From: an uncultured delta proteobacterium
GTDB lineage: Bacteria > Myxococcota > Myxococcia > Myxococcales > Myxococcaceae
Assembly (NCBI GenBank): GCA_963776345.1
Contig: CAVZMH010000015.1
Location: 558,837-622,836, forward strand
Direction: 5' to 3'
DNA length: 64,000 nucleotides
The translations under genes were made by a program, and so were the position numbers. Shown in pieces: positions 55,072-64,000 of this stretch; position 1 is the stretch's first letter, and every line of letters starts with the position of its first letter. The notes under the pieces are model-generated. The model did no database searches. It worked only from the letters and a program-made list of their open reading frames with translations, and was not told where the DNA came from.

Positions 55072-55995
55072 TTAGTAGTCCCAGCAGCCGAGACACGGGT
55101 CGGTAGGATCGATCGACACCACCACCGACGCGCTCGCGGAGCCGCCGGCACCGGCGCATGTCAGCGTGTACCTCTGGTTCGGCACGGTGATCGGCACGCT
55201 GAGCTCCGTACCGGACGTGGGGCGACTTCCAGACCAGGTCGGGGTGCCAAAGTAATCGATGCCCGATGCCGTACAGGCCGTCGCATTCGTGCTTGACCAT
55301 TGCAGCGTAGACTGTCCGAAGGCCGGCAAATTGATCGCAGGATCGGCAGAGATCGTTACGGTAGGAGCAGCTGGGGAACTGACCATCACGGTAACGGATT
55401 GGGACGCCGAGCCACCCGCTCCGTTGCAGGTGATCGTGTACGTGCGGTTCGCGGTCAGCGCGCCGGTGCTCGCCGAGCCGGCGGTAGCCTGAGCTCCGGA
55501 CCAGGCGCCAGAGGCGGTGCACGAGGTCGCGTTCGTGCTCGACCAGGTCACCGTCGAGCTTGCGCCATAGGCCACCGACGTCGGGCTGGCCGAGATCGCT
55601 ACCGTCGGCGGGGGCAGCGCACCGACAGTCACGGTCACCGAAGCGCTTGTCGCGCCGCCTGCGCCGGTGCACGTCAGCGCAAACGTGCTGTCCTGGGTCA
55701 GCGCCCCAGTGCTTGCGGTGCCTGCGATGGCTTGGCTTCCTGACCAGGCACGCGAAGCAGTGCAGGACGTCGCGTTCGTGCTCAACCACGTGAGCGTCGA
55801 GCTTCCTTGCGCAGGGACCACCATGGGGCTCGCAGAGATCGACACGCCGGGGGGTTGGGCCACCGCGGCGTTCGGGTGTTCAGCCTGCCCGTCGCCGCCG
55901 CAGCCTGTCGCGGCAACGCCGAGGATTCCGACAAACGCGAGGAGCCCTGTGATCCTCATCCAGCTGCACTCGGCCCGGTCGGTGCTCGTCTTCAT
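55072..55995 (-). CDS. Lipoprotein with three tandem Ig-like repeats
   Basis: Lipobox ATGC; three copies of ISAxP..STxxWxSTNATxCTAS..WSG..TxTCxGAGG. Confidence 0.85.
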   Translation of the reverse strand: MKTSTDRAECSWMRITGLLAFVGILGVAATGCGGDGQAEHPNAAVAQPPGVSISASPMVVPAQGSSTLTWLSTNATSCTASRAWSGSQAIAGTASTGALTQDSTFALTCTGAGGATSASVTVTVGALPPPTVAISASPTSVAYGASSTVTWSSTNATSCTASGAWSGAQATAGSASTGALTANRTYTITCNGAGGSASQSVTVMVSSPAAPTVTISADPAINLPAFGQSTLQWSSTNATACTASGIDYFGTPTWSGSRPTSGTELSVPITVPNQRYTLTCAGAGGSASASVVVSIDPTDPCLGCWDY

Positions 55996-56157
55996 GGCAT
56001 CTGCTCCACAACCGGAGAGGCCGTCATCCGGCTGAGGTCAGGTTGCACCGGCGATGCCGTGGCTAAAGTACTGGACTCATTGGATATCCATTCAATCCAG
56101 GTTGCTCGGGACGAGACGGTCCGAGGGTCTTTGTTGGCCGGCACGCAACGACGACCA

Positions 56158-56503
56158 ATGCTCAAGCGGACCTTCCAGACCGATGTCCTCACCTGGCCGC
56201 GCTGCGGGGGCACGCGCCGCGTGGTGGTCGTCGTCCTTCGTTCCGCCACCGTCCAGGCCATCCTCGAGCACAGCCGGCTTCCCTCCAGACCTCTCCCTCG
56301 GGCCCCGGCCACCTCCCCACCCCAGCTTGGCTTCTGGTGAGCGCCGTCCGAGGTTCGAGACTCACCCCCGCCTGACACCAGGCTCGGGACTGCTCCACCT
56401 TCGGCAGCCGTGAGCACCTCCCCGGGTGCCTCCTCGCACCGTCGCTCCGCCCCTCGCGGGCCGAAGCGATACGCCCCACCTGGTCCGCGGCTCGAAAACC
56501 CGG
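56158..56503 (+). mobile_element. IS91-family transposase C-terminal remnant and downstream region, copy B
   Basis: LKRTFQTDVLT(W)PRCGG.RRVV..QAILEH.RLP..P..APA..PPQL resembles the IS91/ISCR Tnp C-terminal zinc-ribbon region. Confidence 0.65.
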
Positions 56504-56801
56504 GGGAAGTGGCCCCTCGCCCGGTACGGCTCTCCCGAGCGTTCCTTGAATTGACATCCGCTATCTCACGGATCATCGCAGCTCCTTCCAGCCCGGACGC
56601 AAGACCGAGCCCGCGCGTGCCCTGTGGTTAGAGACAAGGGCGACGGAGTTTGACTGTTCGCCACGACCGCGGGCAGGGACACCTCGCTCCCGAGCGCGCA
56701 CGAGCAGGGGCTGGAGACTCACTCACTCAAGCGCAGCGGGCGCACCGGCTTCCTGGACAAGGACTTCGGCACCTGCGTCCTGGCCGGCCGCCGGCTTGTT
56801 C

Positions 56802-57176
56802 TTATCTTCGAATTCTAGGAGGGCCGGCCCTTCGGCTCTCGTTGGCCTGTCGATCGACCACGAACCGCTCGACGTCCTCCGGCCTGAGTCGAATGAAATT
56901 CAGCACGCGCCCATACGGCAGTAGCCCCCGACGACAGAGCGTCCGGATGGCGGAATGCGAGACGTTGAGTTGCCGTGCCGCCTCCGCGACGGTGAGCAGC
57001 GGTCGACCGAAATCTTCCACCAAATCTTCTACCAACGGCGCGGCACACCCCCCCTCTGGAGGCGGTACGGGACGGACGCCACCCCCCTCCCCGCTCGTCG
57101 CAACCGCGCAGGATTCGGGTGAATCCGGCACTTCTCGGCATGCGTCCGATTCCAGCGGAAGTGGAGTGAGGCCTTC
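56802..57176 (-). CDS. Orphaned integrase C-terminal tail (124 aa, HTH_17-like), rejoined to int on excision
   Basis: Same codon phase as int at the att core (FGSG|EGLTPLP...); LLTVAEAARQLNVS..IRTLCRRGLL..IRL..DVERF. Confidence 0.8.
   Translation of the reverse strand, partial: EGLTPLPLESDACREVPDSPESCAVATSGEGGGVRPVPPPEGGCAAPLVEDLVEDFGRPLLTVAEAARQLNVSHSAIRTLCRRGLLPYGRVLNFIRLRPEDVERFVVDRQANESRRAGPPRIRR
57013..57032 (+). promoter_or_regulatory. Putative integrase arm-type sites (right arm)
   Basis: TCTTCCAC (57013) and TCTTCTAC (57025). Confidence 0.65.
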
Positions 57177-57217
57177 TCCGGAGCCAAAGGTCGTGGGTTC
57201 GACTCCCTCATCGCGCG
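57176..57217 (+). other. attR: displaced 3' half of tRNA-Arg
   Basis: CTCCGGAGCCAAAGG-TC-GTGGG-TTCGACT-CCCTC-ATCGCGCG; no 5' half upstream. Confidence 0.9.
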
Positions 57218-57221
57218 CAGT

Positions 57222-57279
57222 CCGAAGGGGTCGAGGTTGCTCGGGTTTCCTCGGCGCGACTTCGGCCCCTTCGGCGTTT
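57222..57279 (+). terminator. Hairpin downstream of the displaced tRNA half
   Basis: CCGAAGGGGTCGAGGTTGC / GCGACTTCGGCCCCTTCGG stem with G-U pairs, then CGTTT. Confidence 0.65.
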
Positions 57280-57728
57280 CCAGCTGAGTGGGTCCCATTA
57301 GGGTCCCACGCGCACCCGCTGCAGCACGCGCGCGGACCGGTTCGGGCTCCGGCATCCCCTCGAAACGAAGGCGGTCCACCGAGGCGAGGAGGAAGTCCCG
57401 CTCGAGGTGGCCGTAGGTCGCTGCAGTGAGCTTCGGGTCCTCGTGCCGCAGCACGCGCTGGACGACCGCGAGCGGGACGCCCTCGCGGAGCAGCAGCGTC
57501 GCGGTGGAGTGCCTGAGGTCGTAAAACCTGGTGGGACGAACGTTCGGCTTCGGCCAGAGCTTCATCCGGCACTTCGGGCAGCACCGCTGACCACCGTCGG
57601 CGGCTTCCTCGCGGTAGCAGCAGCCCCTTCGCCGGCACACGTGCGTCCAGCTCTCGGCGATGCCGGCTCGGCCCTGGGCTTGATCCGCTCCCGTAGACAC
57701 TTTCCGAGAGGTGGATACGGTGTCCAGC

Positions 57729-58040
57729 ATGGCCGAGGAGAGGAAGCCGCGTAGAGCGCGGAGGAGCTTCAGCGACGAGTTCAAGGCGGGTGCGGTTCAG
57801 CGCGTCCTGGACGGCGGGAGGACCGTCCCCCAGGTCGCGCGGGATCTTGATCTGACCGAGTCGGCGCTTCGGGGTTGGGTCGAGCAAGCCCGTGCGGATG
57901 CGGGCAAGGGCAAGCCAGGGGCCCTGACCAGCGTCGAGCGCGAGGAGCTCGCCCGGCTCCGCAAGGAGGTCCGCGAGCTGCGGATGGACCGGGAGATCCT
58001 AAAAAAAGCCGCGGCCTTCTTCGCGAAAGAGAAGCCCTGA
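57729..58040 (+). CDS. IS3 OrfA
   Basis: RRSFSDEFK..VARDL..WV..EILKKAAAFFAKE; A7G slippery site at 58001-58008. Confidence 0.93.
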   Translation: MAEERKPRRARRSFSDEFKAGAVQRVLDGGRTVPQVARDLDLTESALRGWVEQARADAGKGKPGALTSVEREELARLRKEVRELRMDREILKKAAAFFAKEKP

Positions 58041-58627
58041 GGTTCGGCTTCATCGACGAGGAGAAGGCCTTCTTCCCGGTGTCGCGGCTCTGCGCAGTGC
58101 TCCGGGTGTCCCGGGCCGGCTTCTACGCCTGGCGCTCCCGATGTCCTTCCGCTCGGCAGGTCGAGGACGAAAGACTCCGGGTGCTGGTCCGCGAGGCGCA
58201 CCTCCGCGCCCGCCGGACCTACGGCAGCCCTCGGATTCACCGCGCGCTCCAGCGCCAGGAGATCCGGATTAGCCGGAAGAGGGTCATCCGGCTCATGCAG
58301 TCAGAGGGGCTCGAGGCTCGAGCACGACGCCGCTATCGCTGCACGACGATGAGCGATCACGAGCAGCCCGTCGCGGCAAACTTGCTCGGCCGCGAGTTCA
58401 GCGCCGCGGCGCCCAACGTGCGCTGGATCGGGGACACGACGGAGCTCCTCATTCCAGGCGGGCGCCTGTTCCTGGCGGTCATCGTCGACCTGTACTCGCG
58501 CTTCGTGGTCGGCTGGGCTCTCAGCGCCGTCAACGACCGTCACCTGACCATCCGGGCTCTGGACATGGCCCTTCGCCGGCGCTGCCCGGGCGAGGGGCTC
58601 CTTCATCACTCGGACCAGGGGAGTACC

Positions 58628-60073
58628 CTTGGGTTCAAGCGGTCGTCGCAACACCGTGGCCAGCTGAGGATAGATGATCACGGAGGGCTTCGGCTGGCGT
58701 CTTCCAGCCGAGGGTCTTCCGAGGCCGTCCGTTGAGGGCGGCAGCGACCGCCGCTAACGCCTGACGAGAATGCCGTGAGAGATCTGTGCCCTTTGGAAAG
58801 TACTGACGGAGAAGGCCGTTGGTGTTCTCGTTCGTGCCCCGCTGCCAAGGACTATGAGGGTCGCAGAAGTAACTCTGCAGACCTGTCTTGATGCGGAGCT
58901 TGGCGTGTTGGGCCATTTCTGTTCCCTGATCCCAGGTCAACGACCGGCGGAGTTGCTCGGGAAGCGTGATGATGGCGGCGGCGATCGCGTCCCGGACAGC
59001 CTCCGCGCCGTGACCTGCCAGCGGTGGTCCGTTCTTGACGCGAGGCTGGGCATGGTCCGCCATCTGAGGCAGGTGGAGCAGCATCGTGAAGCGAGTCGTG
59101 CGCTCGACGAGCGTGCCGATCGCCGAGCTGTCCCGGCCCAGGATCAGGTCTCCTTCCCAGTGTCCGGGTACAGCCCGAGTCGCCGCTTCGGCCGGGCGCG
59201 TCGCGATCATTACCTCTGGGCTGACGAAGTTCTTGCCGCGCCCCCGGGCGCGCTCGCGCGGCACCCGGAGCGCGCGACCTGTCCGCAAGCACGCCACCAA
59301 CTCGCGCCGCAACGCGCCTCGGCCTTGTACGTAGAGCGCCTGGTAGATGGCTTCGTGAGAGAGTCGCATGGACGGATCATCGGGATAGTCGATCCTGAGC
59401 CGGTTCGAGATCTGCTCGGGGCTCCATGAAGCGGCCCAACGTCGGTCCTTCCGGGGACCGTGACGCCGACCGTTCCAGCGCACAAGAGGACCAGCCAGTT
59501 GGGTGCCGTCCCGGGCCGTGATGAGGCCTGAGAGCCGCTCCTGCACGTACTGGTGGAGCCGGTCGTTCGCGACGAGCTTCGCTCGCTTCGGCCGGCGCGC
59601 TTTGCGGTCCGCGTGCCATTGGGCCGTCGAGGCGCGGTACTCGAGTCCACCGCTCCGAGTCGCAGCGTTCCGACGCAGCTCGCGGGAAACAGTCGACGGA
59701 GATCGATTGATTCGCCGGGCGATCTCCCGCACTCCAAGATGCTTCGAATGCAAGATCGCGAGCTCCTCGCGCTCGACGAATGAAAGGAATCGCCCCGAGA
59801 GCGGGGCCAAGGAGAACGGCGGCATGCCGCCACTCTCGCGGAACCATCTGATCCCAACCGGCGCGGAGACGCCTGCTACGAGCGCAGCGTCTTCGCTGGA
59901 GAGCCCGACTCGTACCGCCTCCCAGAACCGTTGCCGGTGCTCACGTCGCCCCGCCGTAGGGCGCCCTGGTGAACGCATCGGAGCACGCCCCGCCCGAGCT
60001 GACCGACGACGCCTCGCTGTTCCCATCGCAACCCCTCCATGTCGAGGCGTTGCGACGGCCGATTGAATCCACC
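58628..60073 (-). mobile_element. IS30-family element with 3-bp target duplication ACC
   Basis: Inverted repeats CTTGGGTTCAAGCGGTCGTCGCAAC / GTTGCGACGGCCGATTGAATCCACC; ACC at 58625-58627 and 60074-60076. Confidence 0.93.
58635..60026 (-). CDS. IS30-family transposase
   Basis: STVSRELRRN, WSPEQIS, GHWEGDL, TWDQGTEM, WQRGTNENTNGLLRQYFPKG. Confidence 0.96.
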   Translation of the reverse strand: MGTARRRRSARAGRAPMRSPGRPTAGRREHRQRFWEAVRVGLSSEDAALVAGVSAPVGIRWFRESGGMPPFSLAPLSGRFLSFVEREELAILHSKHLGVREIARRINRSPSTVSRELRRNAATRSGGLEYRASTAQWHADRKARRPKRAKLVANDRLHQYVQERLSGLITARDGTQLAGPLVRWNGRRHGPRKDRRWAASWSPEQISNRLRIDYPDDPSMRLSHEAIYQALYVQGRGALRRELVACLRTGRALRVPRERARGRGKNFVSPEVMIATRPAEAATRAVPGHWEGDLILGRDSSAIGTLVERTTRFTMLLHLPQMADHAQPRVKNGPPLAGHGAEAVRDAIAAAIITLPEQLRRSLTWDQGTEMAQHAKLRIKTGLQSYFCDPHSPWQRGTNENTNGLLRQYFPKGTDLSRHSRQALAAVAAALNGRPRKTLGWKTPAEALRDHLSSAGHGVATTA

Positions 60074-60368
60074 ACCTACGCGAGCGAGGACTACCAGGCC
60101 GTCCTTCAGGCGCACGGAATCACTTGCAGCATGAGTCGGCGCGGCAACTGCTACGACAACGCCGCGATGGAGAGCTGGTTCAGCACGCTGAAGTCCGAGC
60201 TGGGCGAGCGCTTCGAGACGGCAGGCCATGCCAAGGAGCAGCTCTTCGACTACATCGAGGTCTTCTACAACCAGCAGCGGATGCACTCGGCCATCGGATA
60301 CGCTTCCCCGGCCGAGTTCGAAAGGGCAGCGGCGTAGTCCCACTGTCTACCGAATCGGATCAAGCCCA

Positions 60369-60631
60369 CAGCTGTTCGAGGCGATGCAAGCGCATGTGCG
60401 GGGCCTCGAGAAGTTCGACCTCATGACCCGGCTCTTCTTCGCCGAGGATCCGGTGGACTCGCTACGCAAGGTCGATGTCCTCGGCGGGCTGATCCTCAGC
60501 GTCCACCTCGACGACAGCGCGGAGCTGGCCGCGCTGAAGGCGCGTGGTCGGGAGGGCACCCAGCACGGTGTCGAGGAACTCCGTCAGAAGAGCCAAAGGG
60601 CTGGGAACACCTACGAGCAACAGCTCGATGG
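60369..60631 (+). pseudogene. Possible fragment of an unidentified gene, cut by IS3 on the left
   Basis: Protein-like open frame QLFEAMQAHVRGLEKFDLMTRLFFAEDP... without its own start or stop. Confidence 0.3.
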
Positions 60632-63600
60632 TCAGCGCGGCACTGAGTTCGCCGACAGAGCCGCGCCCGCCAGCCGCGCGATCCGGACGAACCCCATCCG
60701 CGATGCCTCGGCCTGGAGCGCGACCAGCCGCATCCGCCCGCGCTCTCGCTTGACCCGGAGCTCTACCTCGCCGAGAGCGAGCTGCGCCTCGAATCGCTGC
60801 AGCGCCCAGCGCTTCCGTTCCATGAGCGCGAGCATCTCCCGCAGTTTGTGTAGGGCAGCGGTCTCGTGTCCGAGTGCCGCATCGACCTTTGCACGCAAGA
60901 TCGCAACGTGCGCCACCAAGACCTCCTGCATCATCGAACCCTGGGCCTCGTCAAGCGCCGCCTCCGCCTCCTCGAGCCTCTTCGCCGCAACGGCGCACTC
61001 AGTGCGGACGCGGTGGTACGTATCGGTGGCAGCTGGCATCGGACTCCTGGAGAGAGCGAGCGCGGACTTCACCTCACCCAGGCAGGCCATCCCCGCCTCG
61101 AACCGTCCCTGGTCGCAGGTGGCGAGACACGCGAAGTTCTGGTTCTTAAGCGCAGCGTCCTCCCACCCGAAGGAGCGGAGGCTCTGAGCGTCTCTCTCGA
61201 ACACCGCCCGGGCTTCTTCGAGCCGGTCCTCCTCGATGAGCACGAGGCCCTCGAGGAAGCCGTAGTCCCCCTTCGCCTGGTACAGCTCGCCCCCGAGTTT
61301 CGCCCGAAGTGCGTTCAGCGCCTGCCGGGCCTGGATCAGGTCTCCCGTTCGCCAGGCGATCCAGCATCGAACGGAGAGAAGGCTCACAGGAGGGGGCTCG
61401 TCGAGACTCTTCAGCGCGTCGTCCACCTCCTTGACGAGGGCTTCGGCTCCCTCGATGTCGACGTTGAAGGTCGCGCCGGCCAGATCGATCGAAGTCTCGA
61501 TCACTCGTGACGTCAGTCCGAGGCGACGCAGGTTTGCCAGCGCTTCCCGGTAGGTGGCAACGGACTGGGGGAGGGGCGGCTTTCGTGGGTTCGCTGGATC
61601 GGTCATCCACCGCGCGCGGATCACTTTGATCCTAGCGAGGCCTTCGAGATACCGGGCGTTCCGGTAGGCGGACTCGGCGCGGTCGAGCAGGCCGAGATCC
61701 AGCCCGCCCTTCTGGCGTCCGAGCAGAGCCCTCGTCCCGAGAATGTCACCGAGCTCGATGTTCGCGCCGAGCTCCCTCGCCTCGCGCTCCGCGCGGTCGA
61801 GGAGGTCCACCGGCACCTCCGCCCCGGGGATCTCCGATCTCAACCAGGCTTGCTGAAGCTGGAAATCCACGCTCCCGGCTGCAGCCGGCACTGCCTTCTG
61901 GTTCCGGGCCAGGAAGGCGAGACCGATCTCTGGGCTCGCAGGGGCGGACGAGCTGAAGCGAGCGCTGTGCCGGGCCCTCTGCGCAAGCTCGATCGCAAGC
62001 GCTGTGTCGTCCGGGAACTGGTCGAAGAGTTTCTCGCCTACGCGCGCCGCGCCGGACTCGTCTCCCTCGGCGGTGCGAAGGACGACCTCCGCTCGCCATC
62101 GCGCCGAGATCGGGAGCCCGCCGGCCGCGTCGAGGGCGAGCTGCGCCGCCGCCCGCGCTTGTTTCCGATGACCCATCTCAAGCCAGAGCCGCGCCTGCTG
62201 GAAGTGGGCTGGATAGAAGGCACGGTCCGCCGCGGCAGAATCCGCGAAGGCCTGCACAGCCCCGGGATACTCGCTCTGTGTCGAGCGCTCGATACCCTCC
62301 GCATATCTCCGCGCGGCGATGAGCGACCGGGGCCGCAGCGATCCCTGAGCAGCATCGTCGCCAGTTACCGGCGCTCCGACTGCCTGCTGGAGCTTCCTCC
62401 CGAGGACCGGCAAGACCCCGAGGAGGTCATCGCCCGTGAACGTTGCAGAGATCGGCTCGCTCGTTCGCGATGCGTCCAGTGGCAGGGAGAACGCCGCCTG
62501 CAACTGCCCACCTTCGATTCGCTTCAACGATCCGACGACGATCGTGGGCACTCCCAGGAGCGCACCCAGTCTCGTCCGAGCGGCGTCAGACTCCAGATCT
62601 CGGTCCTGCAGCCCGAGCGACCTCTTCGCCAGTCCGATGTCCTCGGCCGGAATGACCCTGAGCGTACCCTCTGCGGACGCGAGCTCGAGCGGCAGCAGCG
62701 CGGAGAGCGCTGGAGCCACCCAAGCCCGAGCACCGAGATCCTGGTCGGCCACGACACCCGCAAGGGCGACGGCACGCCTCGCGTGAAAGGCCGGCGCCAC
62801 TCCTTGCGCTACCTGTCTCCGCTGAAGGCTGACTCCAAGGAAGGCCGCAAGTGCGACACCGACCACCCCGAGCGCCGCGAGCCACCTACGGCGGTTGGCC
62901 ACGAATCGAGGTGATGTTTCCAGAGCCCGCGCGAGCTCACCCGCGCTCGCGAAGCGTGCTGAGGGCCGTGGGTCGAGAGACCGCAGGATCGCACCGTTCC
63001 AACTTGGGTCGAGCCGCGGAACGACCGAGCGCGGCTCTGCCGGCGGGTCCTTCAAGCGCTTGCAGGCCGCCTCGAGGGGCGTCTCACCGGCGAACGGGAG
63101 CGTCCCGGTCACCATCTCGTAGATCATCAGCCCAAGGGCGTAGATGTCGGCCGAAGGCCCAACGTCCCCGCCTGAGAGCTGCTCGGGTGCCATGTACTGT
63201 GGCGTGCCGATCACCCCGGACCCGGTCGCCATCTCCGAGACGAGAGATGCACCTGGGAGCGCACGCGCGATCCCGAAATCCGTGATGACTGCTCGCAGGT
63301 CTCCCGACTCCGCGGATGCAACCGACCTGCGGACCAGCATCACGTTGCTGGCCTTCAGGTCCCGGTGGACAACCCCCTCGGCGTGCGCGGCGTCCAGTCC
63401 CGCCGCGATCTGCCGGACGAGGGGCAACGCCTCGTCGACCGACATCGGGCCCCGACGGGCCAGCAAATGCGCGAGCGTCTGTCCCTCGAGGAACTCCATG
63501 GTGAGGAAGCGCAGAGGCTCTCCACCCGGGGTTCGGGTCGAGTACAGGTCGTAGACGCGGCAGACGTTCGGGTGGCTGGCCTTCCGGGCGAGAAGCACCT

Positions 63601-63937
63601 CGCGGCGGAGCCGCTCGAGCATCTCGGGATTCTCACCGAGCTCCGGAAGGATGGTCTTCAAGGCCACGTGGGCCTGAAGCACCTGGTCCTGGGCTTCATA
63701 CACCTCGCCCATTCCACCCCGGGCGACGAAGCGGAGGATCGTGAATCTGTCGGCGAGAACGTCACCGCGGCGCAGATGCGGTGGGGGGCCGGCGGGAGAG
63801 AATGTCGAGCCGCCTGCCGCGGGGAGATCGAGCGTCTCGTCCGTTATCCGAGGTGACTTGACAGTCGGGCCGAGACTCTCCGGACCGCCCCCACCGTCGG
63901 TCGCTCCCGGCCTGCCTTCGTCGCGGCGCTCGGCCAA
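60632..63937 (-). CDS. Ser/Thr protein kinase with TM helix and TPR-like C-terminus
   Basis: ARGGMGEVY, VALK, HRDLKASN, TDFGIAR, GTPQYMAPE; helical repeats. Confidence 0.92.
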   Translation of the reverse strand: MAERRDEGRPGATDGGGGPESLGPTVKSPRITDETLDLPAAGGSTFSPAGPPPHLRRGDVLADRFTILRFVARGGMGEVYEAQDQVLQAHVALKTILPELGENPEMLERLRREVLLARKASHPNVCRVYDLYSTRTPGGEPLRFLTMEFLEGQTLAHLLARRGPMSVDEALPLVRQIAAGLDAAHAEGVVHRDLKASNVMLVRRSVASAESGDLRAVITDFGIARALPGASLVSEMATGSGVIGTPQYMAPEQLSGGDVGPSADIYALGLMIYEMVTGTLPFAGETPLEAACKRLKDPPAEPRSVVPRLDPSWNGAILRSLDPRPSARFASAGELARALETSPRFVANRRRWLAALGVVGVALAAFLGVSLQRRQVAQGVAPAFHARRAVALAGVVADQDLGARAWVAPALSALLPLELASAEGTLRVIPAEDIGLAKRSLGLQDRDLESDAARTRLGALLGVPTIVVGSLKRIEGGQLQAAFSLPLDASRTSEPISATFTGDDLLGVLPVLGRKLQQAVGAPVTGDDAAQGSLRPRSLIAARRYAEGIERSTQSEYPGAVQAFADSAAADRAFYPAHFQQARLWLEMGHRKQARAAAQLALDAAGGLPISARWRAEVVLRTAEGDESGAARVGEKLFDQFPDDTALAIELAQRARHSARFSSSAPASPEIGLAFLARNQKAVPAAAGSVDFQLQQAWLRSEIPGAEVPVDLLDRAEREARELGANIELGDILGTRALLGRQKGGLDLGLLDRAESAYRNARYLEGLARIKVIRARWMTDPANPRKPPLPQSVATYREALANLRRLGLTSRVIETSIDLAGATFNVDIEGAEALVKEVDDALKSLDEPPPVSLLSVRCWIAWRTGDLIQARQALNALRAKLGGELYQAKGDYGFLEGLVLIEEDRLEEARAVFERDAQSLRSFGWEDAALKNQNFACLATCDQGRFEAGMACLGEVKSALALSRSPMPAATDTYHRVRTECAVAAKRLEEAEAALDEAQGSMMQEVLVAHVAILRAKVDAALGHETAALHKLREMLALMERKRWALQRFEAQLALGEVELRVKRERGRMRLVALQAEASRMGFVRIARLAGAALSANSVPR

Positions 63938-64000
63938 TCCCCACCTCGGGACAGGTGCAGCATCGGTCCAACCGGGGCGACGCGCAAACCATGAAACGGT

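Larger units (their letters stand above)
57176..57674 (-). pseudogene. C-terminal remnant of a second tyrosine integrase, truncated by IS3
   Basis: RAGIAESWTHVCRRRGC..CPKC..LWPKPNVRPTRFYDLRHST..LRHED..TYGHL, collinear with the first int. Confidence 0.9.
58001..60337 (+). pseudogene. IS3 OrfB DDE transposase interrupted by IS30
   Basis: YGSPR, WIGDTT, DLYSR, HHSDQGST | YASEDY, GNCYDNAAMESWF. Confidence 0.92.
57675..60368 (+). mobile_element. IS3-family element (~1.25 kb without the nested IS)
   Basis: Inverted repeats TGGGCTTGATCCGCTCCCGTAGACA / TGTCTACCGAATCGGATCAAGCCCA; orfA and orfB. Confidence 0.93.

Noticed and set aside
57176..57217. Second tRNA gene
   Set aside because: Only the anticodon loop and 3' half are present; it is attR

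Overview
Very GC-rich bacterial DNA, most likely Myxococcota (Myxococcaceae/Anaeromyxobacter-like gene order and integrase type; inferred, not searched). Scattered single-base frameshifts look like long-read errors. The core part (1-48.5 kb) holds an M3 peptidase end, a molybdopterin oxidoreductase, ribD-nrdR-glyA, an unusual two-gene PheA, yceD-rpmF-fabH-fabD-fabG-acpP-fabF, and phoBR plus pstSCAB-phoU with visible Pho boxes flanking a CADD-like gene, an MFS and an ars operon. It continues with an outer-membrane/LpoB cluster, a DNA-repair cluster (LigD, Ku, LigC, Prim-PolC), a kinase and a serine hydrolase. From 48.5 kb the DNA is accessory. An ~8.6 kb element is integrated in tRNA-Arg(CCG) with its att core inside the integrase gene (Mx8-like). 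Integrated, Int ends with 8 aa read antisense off the tRNA; excision would fuse it in frame to a 124-aa tail with an excisionase-type HTH located at the far end of the element. Matching tandem arm-type repeats occur at both ends. A second, older integrase remnant with a different arm motif and its own tRNA 3' half lies in tandem, truncated by an IS3 that carries a nested IS30.
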